Part shown: positions 1 to 8,326 of the stretch, in pieces
Layout: every line of letters begins with the position of its first letter
Numbering within the stretch: position 1 is the stretch's first letter
NCBI GenBank assembly: GCA_964367355.1
Contig: CAYIWY010000002.1
Span: 137,296-176,858, forward strand
Direction of reading: 5' to 3'
Length of the DNA: 39,563 nucleotides
DNA from: an uncultured Gammaproteobacteria bacterium
Lineage (GTDB): Bacteria; Patescibacteriota; Microgenomatia; Woykebacterales; RBG-16-39-9b
The notes under the pieces: generated by a model
What the model was told of the DNA's origin: nothing
Database searches by the model: none
What the model saw: the letters and a program-made list of their open reading frames with translations, nothing else
Translations under genes and position numbers: made by a program

Positions 1-1094
1 GCATCGGCCAATTTCCCACCAGCTGACTCTTCCCGATCGTCCCAGAGAACTTCGATGCCTTTTTTAGTTAATTTTTCGTAAATATTTTTAGCTTCTTTAT
101 TAACTTCTTCATTATTTCCAAGACTAATTAAATGAATCGCGAATGGTGCTACTTCTTCCGGCCAGATTATTCCCCGCTCATCATGAAAAGCTTCAACAAT
201 TGTCGCCATTAATCGTCCCAATCCAATGCCATAACAACCCATGACAATTGGTTTTTCTTTGCCATCTCGGTCAACAAAATTGGCTCCCATAGCAGCTGAA
301 TATTTCGTCCCCAAAGAAAAAACCTGTCCAGCTTCAACTGCCGGGATTTGTTCATACTCTTCGCGTTCACTTTCCGGAATTTCGTCAAGAAGTTCTTTGT
401 TGAAAGCTTTCCCAGTTTTCTTGTTTAAATAAACTGTGTCTTCCCCTACCTTTGTTGGCACCTGGAATTCGTAAGTTGTGCTACCACCAATCGAACCGCC
501 TGACGCTTTGGTGATAATCGGTTTGATGCCGCAGCGATTAAAGACTTTTTCATAGACCTCAATCATTTTTTCAAAATATTTTTCCAGATCCGCTTCGCTT
601 TCATGAAAACTGTAAAGATCCTTCATGACAAACTCACGTACTCGGAGTAAACCACCAGTAAAACGAAGCTCATTGCGGAATTTATTTTGAATTTGGTAAA
701 GGGCAAACGGGAGGTCCTTGTAACTCTGGACTCGGCGACGAACTAAATCAGTAATGACTTCTTCGTGGGTTGGTCCAAGAGCAATTTCTTTGTCATGGCG
801 ATCTTTTAATGTAAATAGTTTAGGATCATATGTAGCCCAACGCCCAGTTTCTTCCCAAAGGTTTTTTGGAGACATTGCTGGCAACAAGATTTCCTGGCCA
901 CCGGCAGCATTCATTTCTTCGCGGATAATGTTTTCGATTTTTTGATGCACTCTCAACCCCAGGGGTAGAAAACTATAGACCCCGCTCATCAGCTGATCAA
1001 TAAAACCACCACGAACGAGATACTGGTGCGAAATAGCCGAAGCATCCGCCGGAGCTTGTTTTAAAGTTTTACCAAAAAGTTGAGATTGCCGCAT
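1..1094 (-). CDS. proS: Proline--tRNA ligase (3' end runs off the window)
   Basis: Read manually from the ATG at 1094: MRQSQLFGKTLKQAPADA...SHQYLVRGGFIDQLMSGVYSFLPLG...LWEETGRW...LGPTHEE...KFRNELRFTGGLLRVREF...MGCYGIG. These are class II ProRS motifs. Absent from the ORF track because it is truncated. Confidence 0.97.
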   Translation of the reverse strand, partial: MRQSQLFGKTLKQAPADASAISHQYLVRGGFIDQLMSGVYSFLPLGLRVHQKIENIIREEMNAAGGQEILLPAMSPKNLWEETGRWATYDPKLFTLKDRHDKEIALGPTHEEVITDLVRRRVQSYKDLPFALYQIQNKFRNELRFTGGLLRVREFVMKDLYSFHESEADLEKYFEKMIEVYEKVFNRCGIKPIITKASGGSIGGSTTYEFQVPTKVGEDTVYLNKKTGKAFNKELLDEIPESEREEYEQIPAVEAGQVFSLGTKYSAAMGANFVDRDGKEKPIVMGCYGIGLGRLMATIVEAFHDERGIIWPEEVAPFAIHLISLGNNEEVNKEAKNIYEKLTKKGIEVLWDDREESAGGKLAD

Positions 1095-1100
1095 TGTTGA

Positions 1101-1142
1101 AAGTATAAAGTATCAAGAATCAGGTATCAAGTATCATGAATT
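1101..1142. repeat. Six imperfect 7-bp tandem repeats (AAGTATC-like) overlapping the proS promoter
   Basis: aagtata/aagtatc/aagaatc/aggtatc/aagtatc/atgaatt. On the minus strand they form TTGATA-N17-TATACT, 7 nt before the ATG. Confidence 0.65.
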
Positions 1143-1160
1143 GAGTTGTACAAATAAAAT

Positions 1161-1385
1161 CGCCGTTGCGAGCAGCGTTAAGAAGAAATTAAACAAAGCG
1201 AGATATTAAGTCGGACGTGTTTGACCCGCCAACCGGCGGGGAGTTGTCGACGTATACGAGCGAATTAAATTTTTCTAGCAGCGCAAGCAAGGCGAAAGTT
1301 TTGTTTACTTTTCAAAAAGTAAAATGAACTAAGGCAAAGTAGTTAAGCTGGAAAGTTTGGTTCAACCTTTGCTGTAAAGGTTGAA
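1161..1385. repeat. Structured intergenic repeat, copy 1 (two terminal hairpin modules)
   Basis: Shares CCGTTGCGAGCAGCGT and AGTTTGGTTCAACCTTTGCTGT(C)AAAGGTTGAA with 4431-4671. Long imperfect inverted repeat with an internal palindrome CCCGCCAACCGGCGGG at 1225-1240. Confidence 0.7.
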
Positions 1386-1395
1386 ATAATTATTG

Positions 1396-1433
1396 AAAAA
1401 GAGAAAGTCCGCAACAAGGTGTTGTTACGGACT
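1396..1433 (-). terminator. Rho-independent terminator, near-identical to 1858-1893
   Basis: Minus-strand hairpin AGTCCGTAACAA...TTGTTGCGGACT with a G-U pair, followed by a T-rich tract. Confidence 0.75.
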
Positions 1434-1440
1434 TAACGTC

Positions 1441-1800
1441 TCATTTCTCCACCGCCCAATTAAGCAGTCCCATATAAAAGGATCCGTCTTTATGGAACCA
1501 AACAGTCGCCCAGAAATTAAAACCCAGAGGGCCTTCTTTTTCGAGAAAAAGTGTTCCGTGTAATTCTCTCGAACCATTCATCCGATCTTTAAACCGAATC
1601 TCATCTACTATGATTACCCGTTCGATAGTTTCCTCAAAAACCTTTTCTTTTTGTTCAATTAAAACCACCTTGAACGGTGCTCGTCTTAACCAGTGTCTCC
1701 AAAGGCCTCTTTTGCTGGGAAACGTTTCAATGCTTGCAAATACTGACCCGCCTGGTTCAAGTCTTCTTGCATCTATATACGCATCGAGTGCAGACGCCAC
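1441..1800 (-). CDS. Hypothetical protein (orphan unit)
   Basis: 119 aa. GTG start with SD AAGGAGAG, own TTGACT-N17-TACATT promoter and terminator. Confidence 0.75.
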   Translation of the reverse strand: MASALDAYIDARRLEPGGSVFASIETFPSKRGLWRHWLRRAPFKVVLIEQKEKVFEETIERVIIVDEIRFKDRMNGSRELHGTLFLEKEGPLGFNFWATVWFHKDGSFYMGLLNWAVEK

Positions 1801-1857
1801 TTTATCTCTCCTTTACTATGTAATTAATGTAACGTCGCTAGAGCTGAAAGTCAAACC

Positions 1858-1893
1858 AAAAGGAAAAGTCCGCAACAATTTTTGTTACGGACT
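1858..1893 (-). terminator. Rho-independent terminator abutting the next -35 box
   Basis: Minus strand AGTCCGTAACAAAAATTGTTGCGGACT-TTTCCTTTT, then GGTTTGACT. Confidence 0.75.
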
Positions 1894-1904
1894 CGAATTT
1901 TACT

Positions 1905-2435
1905 CTAAATCGTCTTCAACCTTGGTTGGGATTTCTTACCCTGGAACAATTGCCGAACACTTTCAAAAAGAATAACGATTGCTCCCAAATAAAGAATCAT
2001 ATCTCCGATACTGGCAACCCCTCTTGTGCCTCTGATGTTAAGAGCAATACGGTCAGAAAGCAAATTTAGACGAGCCTTATCCTCATCAACAAATGCATGG
2101 CTCCCTTTTATCCAACTACCCACCGGAAGTTTTTCAGCTCTTTCAAGAAGTTTTGACTTCTTGCGCACCTTCCCGATGTCTGATCGTTGCACCGGCATCA
2201 AACCTTTGTTCGCCAATACGACCAGTAGATTTGCCGCCGTTCCAATCATGGCAATTCTTATCCCGGCTTCCTTCCTTCTCGGCAAAAGAGAAATAAAACC
2301 GTAGATTAACGCAATCGGCAATAGAATCCTAACCAGCTTTTCTGATGGAGAAAACCTGATTAAAAGCCTCAACGTTACTGCAACAAAGACCCCTTTCAGA
2401 AATTTCTGAAGTGCTTCCTTAACTTCTTTGTTCAC
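1905..2435 (-). CDS. DUF5317-like membrane protein
   Basis: Motifs G..ANLLVVLANKGLMPV...LLSDRI...SIGDMIL. The likely start is the GTG at 2435 after GGAGAGAGAGG; promoter TTGACA-N16-TATTAT. Confidence 0.7.
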   Translation of the reverse strand: MNKEVKEALQKFLKGVFVAVTLRLLIRFSPSEKLVRILLPIALIYGFISLLPRRKEAGIRIAMIGTAANLLVVLANKGLMPVQRSDIGKVRKKSKLLERAEKLPVGSWIKGSHAFVDEDKARLNLLSDRIALNIRGTRGVASIGDMILYLGAIVILFESVRQLFQGKKSQPRLKTI

Positions 2436-2535
2436 TTTTCCTCTCTCTCCTTTTGTTTGTTCGTTGGATAATATCAAAAATAACTAAATTGTCAAACCAA
2501 AAGGAAAGTCTGCATTTTCAAAATCTAGGAAATGT

Positions 2536-3678
2536 TTAGCCGAAAAGGCGCCCGGTGGCGATTTTCACCACATCATTAAAGGCAATCAGTACAAAAAGAA
2601 CAATTAAAATCATGAACCCAACAGTGTGAATTCGATTCTCAATTTTGGCAGGAACTTTTTTACGGAAAATGGCTTCTATGTAGAAGAAAAATAGTCGTCC
2701 ACCATCAGCTGCCGGAATCGGCAACAAGTTGAAAATTCCAAGTAGTAAACTAATCATCGCTGTCAGCAGCAAAAGACTTCGAAAAGCTTCTACCCCACCG
2801 CCTTGCAATACAACTGAAAAGATGGCGATTATTCCGATCGGCCCGGAAGAATTTTTAGTAATTGGCTCAACTGATTTTTCTTTAACTGACTGGGAAAATA
2901 GACTAGACATACCGGCCCATTGGTACTGCAGCATATTTCCAGAGTGCAGCACTCCGGAAAAGATTTTTTCCACTGGAGTGTTGTAAGCCAAAGTCGAGCC
3001 TTGCTCAAGAGCGACTCCCAGTGCACCCTGACCTTTTGGTGGGTTTTCTCTTGGCGTAACTGAAATATCCCGCTGAGTATTGTCCTTAATATTTTGGACA
3101 ATTACGTCAATTTCTGACCCCGCGTGGTCTTTGATATAACTACGAAGTTTTTCAGAATCAGTCATTGCTGTACCATCGATTTTCAAGATTTTGTCACCGG
3201 GTTTAAGTCCAACTTCTTTGGCTGGGGAGCCATCCTCAACATAGGTGACTAATCCATAATAAGTTTGGGTTCCAAAAGGAAACTGGTTTGGAATTCTAAG
3301 GTTAAAATCTTGCTTAAAACCCATCGAAGCAAGCAGCGCAGTAAAGATCAAAATCGCCAAAATAATATTGATCACTACTCCAGCTCCAGCAATGACAATT
3401 CTTTTCCAAACACTTTGGGCAGAAAAACTCCTAGGGTCATTTTCATTGGCTCCAGACTCCTCGCCGTAAAGACGAACAAAACCTCCCGCCGGTAGCCAAT
3501 TGATCGAATAGGTTGTCTCTCCTTTTTTGAATGACCAGATCTTCCCGGGAATCGGAAAACCAAAACCAAATTCTTCGACTTTAACACCAAACATTTTGGC
3601 GGCCAAAAAATGCCCAGCTTCGTGGACAAAAATCAATAGACTTAAAACTAAAATTCCAATAATTATGGAGAGAATCAT
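2536..3678 (-). CDS. rseP: RIP metalloprotease RseP (M50 plus PDZ)
   Basis: HEAGH, GFG loop, PDZ (SPAKEVGLKPGDKI), NLLPIPAADGG; lies between frr and proS. Confidence 0.95.
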   Translation of the reverse strand: MILSIIIGILVLSLLIFVHEAGHFLAAKMFGVKVEEFGFGFPIPGKIWSFKKGETTYSINWLPAGGFVRLYGEESGANENDPRSFSAQSVWKRIVIAGAGVVINIILAILIFTALLASMGFKQDFNLRIPNQFPFGTQTYYGLVTYVEDGSPAKEVGLKPGDKILKIDGTAMTDSEKLRSYIKDHAGSEIDVIVQNIKDNTQRDISVTPRENPPKGQGALGVALEQGSTLAYNTPVEKIFSGVLHSGNMLQYQWAGMSSLFSQSVKEKSVEPITKNSSGPIGIIAIFSVVLQGGGVEAFRSLLLLTAMISLLLGIFNLLPIPAADGGRLFFFYIEAIFRKKVPAKIENRIHTVGFMILIVLFVLIAFNDVVKIATGRLFG

Positions 3679-3720
3679 TTATATTTCGCGAAGTTCGCTG
3701 TCTTTAGCTTTCACGACTTT
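3679..3720 (-). pseudogene. Displaced duplicate of the frr 3' end (KVVKAKDSELREI*)
   Basis: 11/13 aa identical to the frr C-terminus KVVKAKDTELKEI*. Its TAA abuts the rseP ATG. Confidence 0.85.
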
Positions 3721-3765
3721 ACTTTTGCTTAGCAAATGATTCTTATACTTTTGCGCCAGCAAATG
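3721..3765. repeat. Two ACTTTTGC-N3-4-GCAAATG mini-hairpins
   Basis: Copies at 3721-3738 and 3747-3765. The same motif occurs at 39077-39094 and, inverted, at 39330-39347. Confidence 0.8.
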
Positions 3766-3771
3766 AAAGTC

Positions 3772-4326
3772 CTAAATTTCTTTTAATTCTGTATCTTTCG
3801 CTTTTACGACTTTATCAATTTCACCGGTCATCTCGTCAGTAATCTTTTGGACCGATTCAATATAGCGATGGGCTTCGTCTTTAGAGATTTTACTATTTTT
3901 CTCTTCCTTTTGGATAGAGTCAATCGTGTCACGGCGGATTGAGCGGATTGCGACCCTGGCTGATTCCCCTTTCTCATTAACAAGCTTTATCAAATCGTTA
4001 CGTCGCTCTTCATTTAAAGCTGGCACGGCCACTCGAATCAGGTTGTCTTCAACGATTGGGTTAAAACCCATCCCCGAATCACGAATCGCTTTGGCAATCG
4101 CGTCTTTATTACCTTGATCCCAAGCTTGAACGATTAAAAGCCTGGCTTCAGGTACATTTATAGAAGCGAGTTCTTTGAGAGCCATCATCCCTCCATAAGC
4201 ATTGACTTTTATTCCCTCAAGTAAACTTGGATTAGCCCGACCGGAACGAACTGAAAGTAGCTCTTCGAGTAAATGCTCAATCGCTTTCTGCATTTTTTGT
4301 TTTGCTTGCGAAATTTCTGTTTCCAT
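3772..4326 (-). CDS. frr: Ribosome recycling factor
   Basis: RSGRANPSLL, VPALNEERR, RVAIRSIRRD. Likely start METEI at 4326. Confidence 0.97.
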   Translation of the reverse strand: METEISQAKQKMQKAIEHLLEELLSVRSGRANPSLLEGIKVNAYGGMMALKELASINVPEARLLIVQAWDQGNKDAIAKAIRDSGMGFNPIVEDNLIRVAVPALNEERRNDLIKLVNEKGESARVAIRSIRRDTIDSIQKEEKNSKISKDEAHRYIESVQKITDEMTGEIDKVVKAKDTELKEI

Positions 4327-4430
4327 TTGTAAAGCCCAGTATAAGTTATTGGGTATCTTCAATCAAGTATTTTACCAGCGTTACTCTTTAAACCCTTCAG
4401 TGAAGTAAGTGTTATTGGATTTGTTTTCAA

Positions 4431-4671
4431 CACCGTTGCGAGCAGCGTCTTGATCAAAATAAAAAACCGCGTTACAAGCAAGCAGAAACCGCCGTTGGAT
4501 TAGTCAGCGTTAAGAAAATTGAGTTTTGTAAACTGGTTCCGAAGGAAAATTTTTCAACTGTTTGACGCTTCTTTGAAGAGGAGTTTTGGAAAATTAAGTG
4601 AACAAAACGAGATTTTTAGCTGGAGGATCCAAGGCGGCAGTTTGGTTCAACCTTTGCTGTCAAAGGTTGAA
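4431..4671. repeat. Structured intergenic repeat, copy 2 (where pyrH usually lies)
   Basis: Shares blocks with 1161-1385. Nested stem CCGCCGTTGGAT...ATCCAAGGCGG and a terminal hairpin. Confidence 0.7.
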
Positions 4672-4677
4672 GAAAGA

Positions 4678-5139
4678 TTAGTCTCCTAAGGAAAACCTAG
4701 CAATCTTTTTCACCTGAATATTCTCACCAGTTCGGGCAACTACTTCAGTTATTAACTGCTTAATAGTCTTACCCGGTTCTCGGATATAGTCTTGTTCTAT
4801 AAGTTCATCTGTACTCGTAGGATTCATCGCAGCAACCTGCATCGCCAGCTCTTTTGCAAGATTTTTAAACTCCTCGGTCTTAGCGACAAAATCGGTCTCA
4901 CAAGCCAGATAAACCATCGCTCCAACTTTACCACCGGAGTGAACATAAGTTTCAATCACACCTTGTCCTGTTTCCCGCTCGCTTCTTTTGGCAACAGCTG
5001 CTTCACCTTTGCTTTTCAAAATCTCTTTTGCTTTGGTTTCGTCTCCAGAGGTTTCAAGTAAAGCTCGGCGAACATCCATTACCCCAGCGCCTGTCTCTTC
5101 ACGGATTTTTTTAACTAATTCTGCAGATATATCGGTCAT
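4678..5139 (-). CDS. tsf: Elongation factor Ts (short form)
   Basis: MTDISAELVKKIREETGAGVMD...CETDFVA. Starts 1 nt after the rpsB stop. Confidence 0.97.
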   Translation of the reverse strand: MTDISAELVKKIREETGAGVMDVRRALLETSGDETKAKEILKSKGEAAVAKRSERETGQGVIETYVHSGGKVGAMVYLACETDFVAKTEEFKNLAKELAMQVAAMNPTSTDELIEQDYIREPGKTIKQLITEVVARTGENIQVKKIARFSLGD

Positions 5140-5140
5140 A

Positions 5141-6040
5141 CTAATCCTCCTTTTTTGTTTTTGTAACTTTAGTTGCTTTTTTAGCAACGGCTTTCTTTTC
5201 GGTTTTAATTTCTTTTTTGACATCTACTTTTTCTTTTGCTTTTGGCTTTTCCTTAACTTCAGCTTTGATTTCTGAGTCAGCAAATGTAGCTCCTTTTTCT
5301 TTGGTTTCAACTTTTGCTACCTTCTTTTCTTCAACTTTTTCTTCCTTAGCTATCTTTTTGGCATGCATTTCCTTACCTTCAAGATAAGCATCAGCGATTG
5401 TTTTGACAATTATCGAAATCGACCTAATGGCATCGTCATTACCTGGAATCGGGTAGTCAATTACTGTTGGGTCGGCATTGGTATCGACTAAAGCAATCGT
5501 GGTAACGTTCACTTTCCTAGCTTCTTTGACAGCGTTGTCTTCTTTGCGCGAATCGACAATGAAAAGCGCTTCCGGCAAGGCGGACATGCCACGAATCCCC
5601 CCAACATAACGCTCGAGTTTATCCAGCGCGCGAACCATCAGTAGTTGCTCGCGTTTAGTGTATTTGTCATCTTTCGAAGTACCCTCAAGCTCAGTCATTT
5701 TGGCCAAGGATTTATTGACCATTTCAAAATTGGTGAAAAGTCCACCGAGCCAACGGGTGGTCATATACATTGCACCGGATCTTTGAGCTTCGGCTTTAAC
5801 AATTTCGCTAGCTTGTCTTTTCGTTGCCAGAAAAACAATTTGCTTTCCTTCAGCACCCAATTTTTGGACATAATCAACTACTTCTTGCAAAGCTTTTTCA
5901 GTTTTTTCGAGGTCAATAATGTGGATTTTTTCTTTGGCGGTAAAAATATACTTCGCCATTTTTGGGTTCCAACGTTTGGTTTCGTGACCAAAGTGAACAC
6001 CGGCTTCAAGCAATTCTTTTAAACTAGGTAAATTCGACAT
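5141..6040 (-). CDS. rpsB: 30S ribosomal protein S2 with a Lys/Glu-rich tail
   Basis: LLEAGVHFGH..RWNPKM, RWLGG, DTNADP, IPGNDDAIRS. Confidence 0.99.
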   Translation of the reverse strand: MSNLPSLKELLEAGVHFGHETKRWNPKMAKYIFTAKEKIHIIDLEKTEKALQEVVDYVQKLGAEGKQIVFLATKRQASEIVKAEAQRSGAMYMTTRWLGGLFTNFEMVNKSLAKMTELEGTSKDDKYTKREQLLMVRALDKLERYVGGIRGMSALPEALFIVDSRKEDNAVKEARKVNVTTIALVDTNADPTVIDYPIPGNDDAIRSISIIVKTIADAYLEGKEMHAKKIAKEEKVEEKKVAKVETKEKGATFADSEIKAEVKEKPKAKEKVDVKKEIKTEKKAVAKKATKVTKTKKED

Positions 6041-6047
6041 TTTAAAT

Positions 6048-6130
6048 TGTGGCCTCCTTTAGCCGCCGCTCAAGAAACGATTGAGTCAATGATTCAACCG
6101 CAGGAAGTTTATAAAATTTGAGCGTGTGAA
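6048..6130 (-). promoter_or_regulatory. rpsB 5' leader RNA (t44-like autoregulatory structure)
   Basis: Minus strand CACACGCTCAA...TTGAGCG...GGAGGC with nested stems, directly upstream of rpsB. Confidence 0.55.
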
Positions 6131-6166
6131 TTTTCTAACTGGGGTAGTATATCAAAAAGTGTCAAC

Positions 6167-6204
6167 AAAAAGGAAGCCCTCAGTGCAAATTTGCAAAGAG
6201 GGCT
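6167..6204 (-). terminator. Rho-independent terminator
   Basis: AGCCCTC..TGCAAATTTGCA..GAGGGCT stem with a TCCTTTTT tail. Confidence 0.7.
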
Positions 6205-6210
6205 CGTTAC

Positions 6211-6408
6211 TTAACTAACAACTGGTACGAGACTTCTGTGAACTGGTACCTCCTTTTCCCCTTCGTAAACCCGATAGCGCCTTGCAGTGGATCTGTCGAT
6301 GAAACACCTGAAACTGATGCCACCGTGAACGCCCTTACCATCGTCGCGAATGTCGTTCCCTTTCTCCCGTAGACTCTTGATCGTCTCCTGATCAGTAGTG
6401 ATTCGCAT
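6211..6408 (-). CDS. Small hypothetical protein (orphan unit)
   Basis: Likely start MRITTDQ at 6408 after SD GGGGAG; 65 aa; terminator follows. Confidence 0.6.
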   Translation of the reverse strand: MRITTDQETIKSLREKGNDIRDDGKGVHGGISFRCFIDRSTARRYRVYEGEKEVPVHRSLVPVVS

Positions 6409-6610
6409 TTCCACTCTCCCCGAACTCTTACCCCTTAAAAAACGAAAAACCACACATTTGTGTGGTTTAAAAATCAGTTGGTTGGACTGCTGAAAAGATT
6501 GGGCATCTTCATAATTTAACGATAAACTTAATCTTACGGCTTGGCAAGTCGCCAAAAAAGCTTGATTTATAAGGAAATTTTCAAGGCATTAAAATAGCAC
6601 CGAAGAAGTT

Positions 6611-7273
6611 TTATATAATCGAATTTATTCTAAGTACTTCTACAATCTCTTCGTGGATTTTATTTTTACTTTTCAACTTGCCTTTTCCGTCAATGCAATT
6701 TATTACCAACCAGTTTTTATCACGGCTTGCCATTTTTAAATAAACTTTTCTAGCTTCTTCCATATAGGCTGCTTCAGTCTCATGAATATCTTTCTTGCGG
6801 GGAATTTTTTTAAGTAATTGAAAGGAAGCACTAACTGGCATATCCAACAAAATGACGAAGTCTTCCCTGGGCATTTTATTAACTTTGTAATCCAGTTCGT
6901 CAAGCCAATGTAAAAACTCATCTCTTTTTGGCTCGATCATCTTGGCAGCTTGGTGAGCTTTGTTACTCGGAGCATAACGGTCGCAAATAATTATTTTACC
7001 TTCATTTAAATCATCAAAAAGTTCTTCCTTTACCGTAACTCTGTCCATGGCATAAGCCAAGGAAATTAAATAAGGAGAGACCTCACTAATTGTCCCAAAT
7101 TCGCCACGTAAAAATTTGGTAATGGTTTTTCCATGAAAAGTTTTCTGGTACTGCGGAAATTTGTAATAAGAAAACTTCTTTTTGTTTTTAGTTAAATAAG
7201 CTGTCAGGAGTTTGACCTGAGTACTTTTCCCAGTTCCGTCAGTTCCTTCAAAATCAATTATTTTTCCATGCAT
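6611..7273 (-). CDS. tmk: Thymidylate kinase
   Basis: P-loop FEGTDGTGKST, FP.Y, AYAMDR, ICDRY..SN.AHQ. Confidence 0.93.
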   Translation of the reverse strand: MHGKIIDFEGTDGTGKSTQVKLLTAYLTKNKKKFSYYKFPQYQKTFHGKTITKFLRGEFGTISEVSPYLISLAYAMDRVTVKEELFDDLNEGKIIICDRYAPSNKAHQAAKMIEPKRDEFLHWLDELDYKVNKMPREDFVILLDMPVSASFQLLKKIPRKKDIHETEAAYMEEARKVYLKMASRDKNWLVINCIDGKGKLKSKNKIHEEIVEVLRINSII

Positions 7274-7300
7274 AGGTTAATAATATACTATAAGTTGAAT

Positions 7301-7346
7301 AAAAAGAAAAACCTAGATCTGCATTTCAGCCGAACTAGGTTTTTTT
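7301..7346. terminator. Terminator hairpin (T tracts on both strands)
   Basis: AAAAACCTAG...CTAGGTTTTT. Confidence 0.65.
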
Positions 7347-7356
7347 AGTCGAAGAG

Positions 7357-7581
7357 CTAAAATCCATCAGAGCCCTCATCACCAATCACAAAAACGGTAG
7401 TTTCCTTGGTAAATCCATGATCTTCAAGAATTTCCCGAACCAACTGCGTGTAACCTATCTGACACATCTGGTCAATCACATCCTGAATTTCCTTACCCAC
7501 CAAACCAGTTTGGTTGCGCTTGAGATTTTCCAAAAGTTCGGTCAACTTCACACCCAACGCGACTGCCCGATCGAAATCCAT
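7357..7581 (-). CDS. Small hypothetical protein
   Basis: Likely start MDFDRA after AAGGGG; about 74 aa. Confidence 0.6.
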   Translation of the reverse strand: MDFDRAVALGVKLTELLENLKRNQTGLVGKEIQDVIDQMCQIGYTQLVREILEDHGFTKETTVFVIGDEGSDGF

Positions 7582-7597
7582 CTTTTCCCCTTTCACT

Positions 7598-7907
7598 TTA
7601 TTTTACTTTGCCAAGACGAATCACTTCGCCAGAAGGATAGTGAATTTCCTCAATAAAAAAGTTAATTACGTAACTTATGTCATCGAGATCAATTTTCTCA
7701 CCGCGAAGATGAACAACCTCTCCGCCCAAAAAACAAACATTTGGACAAATCAGAATTCGCTCGCGTTTTTTGAAATCGTAAAAATCATCATCGACTTCCA
7801 TAATCTCATACGGCACCAAACAACGATCACCACTCCAAGCATCGCTTTTTGGTCCAAGAACTCGGACAACTAAGTGCTTTCCTTTCTTGCAGATAGTTTT
7901 CTCCCAC
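7598..7907 (-). CDS. Cys/His-containing hypothetical protein, 5' end uncertain (possible 1-nt indel)
   Basis: The frame stays open upstream of 7819 to 7906 (EKTICKKGKHLVVRV...ICPNVC). A GTG at 7907 with SD GAGGTGG is one base out of frame. Confidence 0.5.
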
Positions 7908-7970
7908 TAAAGCACCACCTCATGTTGGTCATGCTTTTTCCTAAGATTTCCAAAATTTGAAAACCTTGGG

Positions 7971-8001
7971 AAAAACGACTTGGTTTATTACTCCAAGTCG
8001 T
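7971..8001 (-). terminator. Rho-independent terminator
   Basis: ACGACTTGG...CCAAGTCGT followed by TTTT. Confidence 0.7.
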
Positions 8002-8010
8002 CTTGCACCT

Positions 8011-8232
8011 TCACATGACACTAATTAACCCAGCAACAAAGGTTGGTAGCGAAACAAGAATACCAGCAAAAGCTACGATCATATTTAACGCAGCTCTGCG
8101 CCGGTAACCTCCAACAGACAACAAGTCGTCAGGCGAAATCTTCTTGCCCTGTGGACCCAGAACGAAGACACTGTAGTAACATGTCCACAGTCCGAGGATC
8201 AACCCAACCGAACCAAGAATTATGAAGATCAT
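8011..8232 (-). CDS. Small two-TM membrane protein (orphan unit)
   Basis: SD GGAGG before MIFIILG; two hydrophobic helices. Confidence 0.65.
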   Translation of the reverse strand: MIFIILGSVGLILGLWTCYYSVFVLGPQGKKISPDDLLSVGGYRRRAALNMIVAFAGILVSLPTFVAGLISVM

Positions 8233-8326
8233 TCCCTTTCCTCCCAAATTCAAAAGCATGAACTCTTTTGTTCACGTCATTTGTGTCCCATAGTTTAGCA
8301 TTTTATTTTGGAAAAATCAAGTTTTA

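Noticed and set aside
1396-2514. CRISPR array or classical integron from the repeated hairpins
   Set aside because: The repeats are separated by whole genes, there are no cas or intI genes and no attC R-box consensus. G-U pairs plus U-tracts fit terminators.
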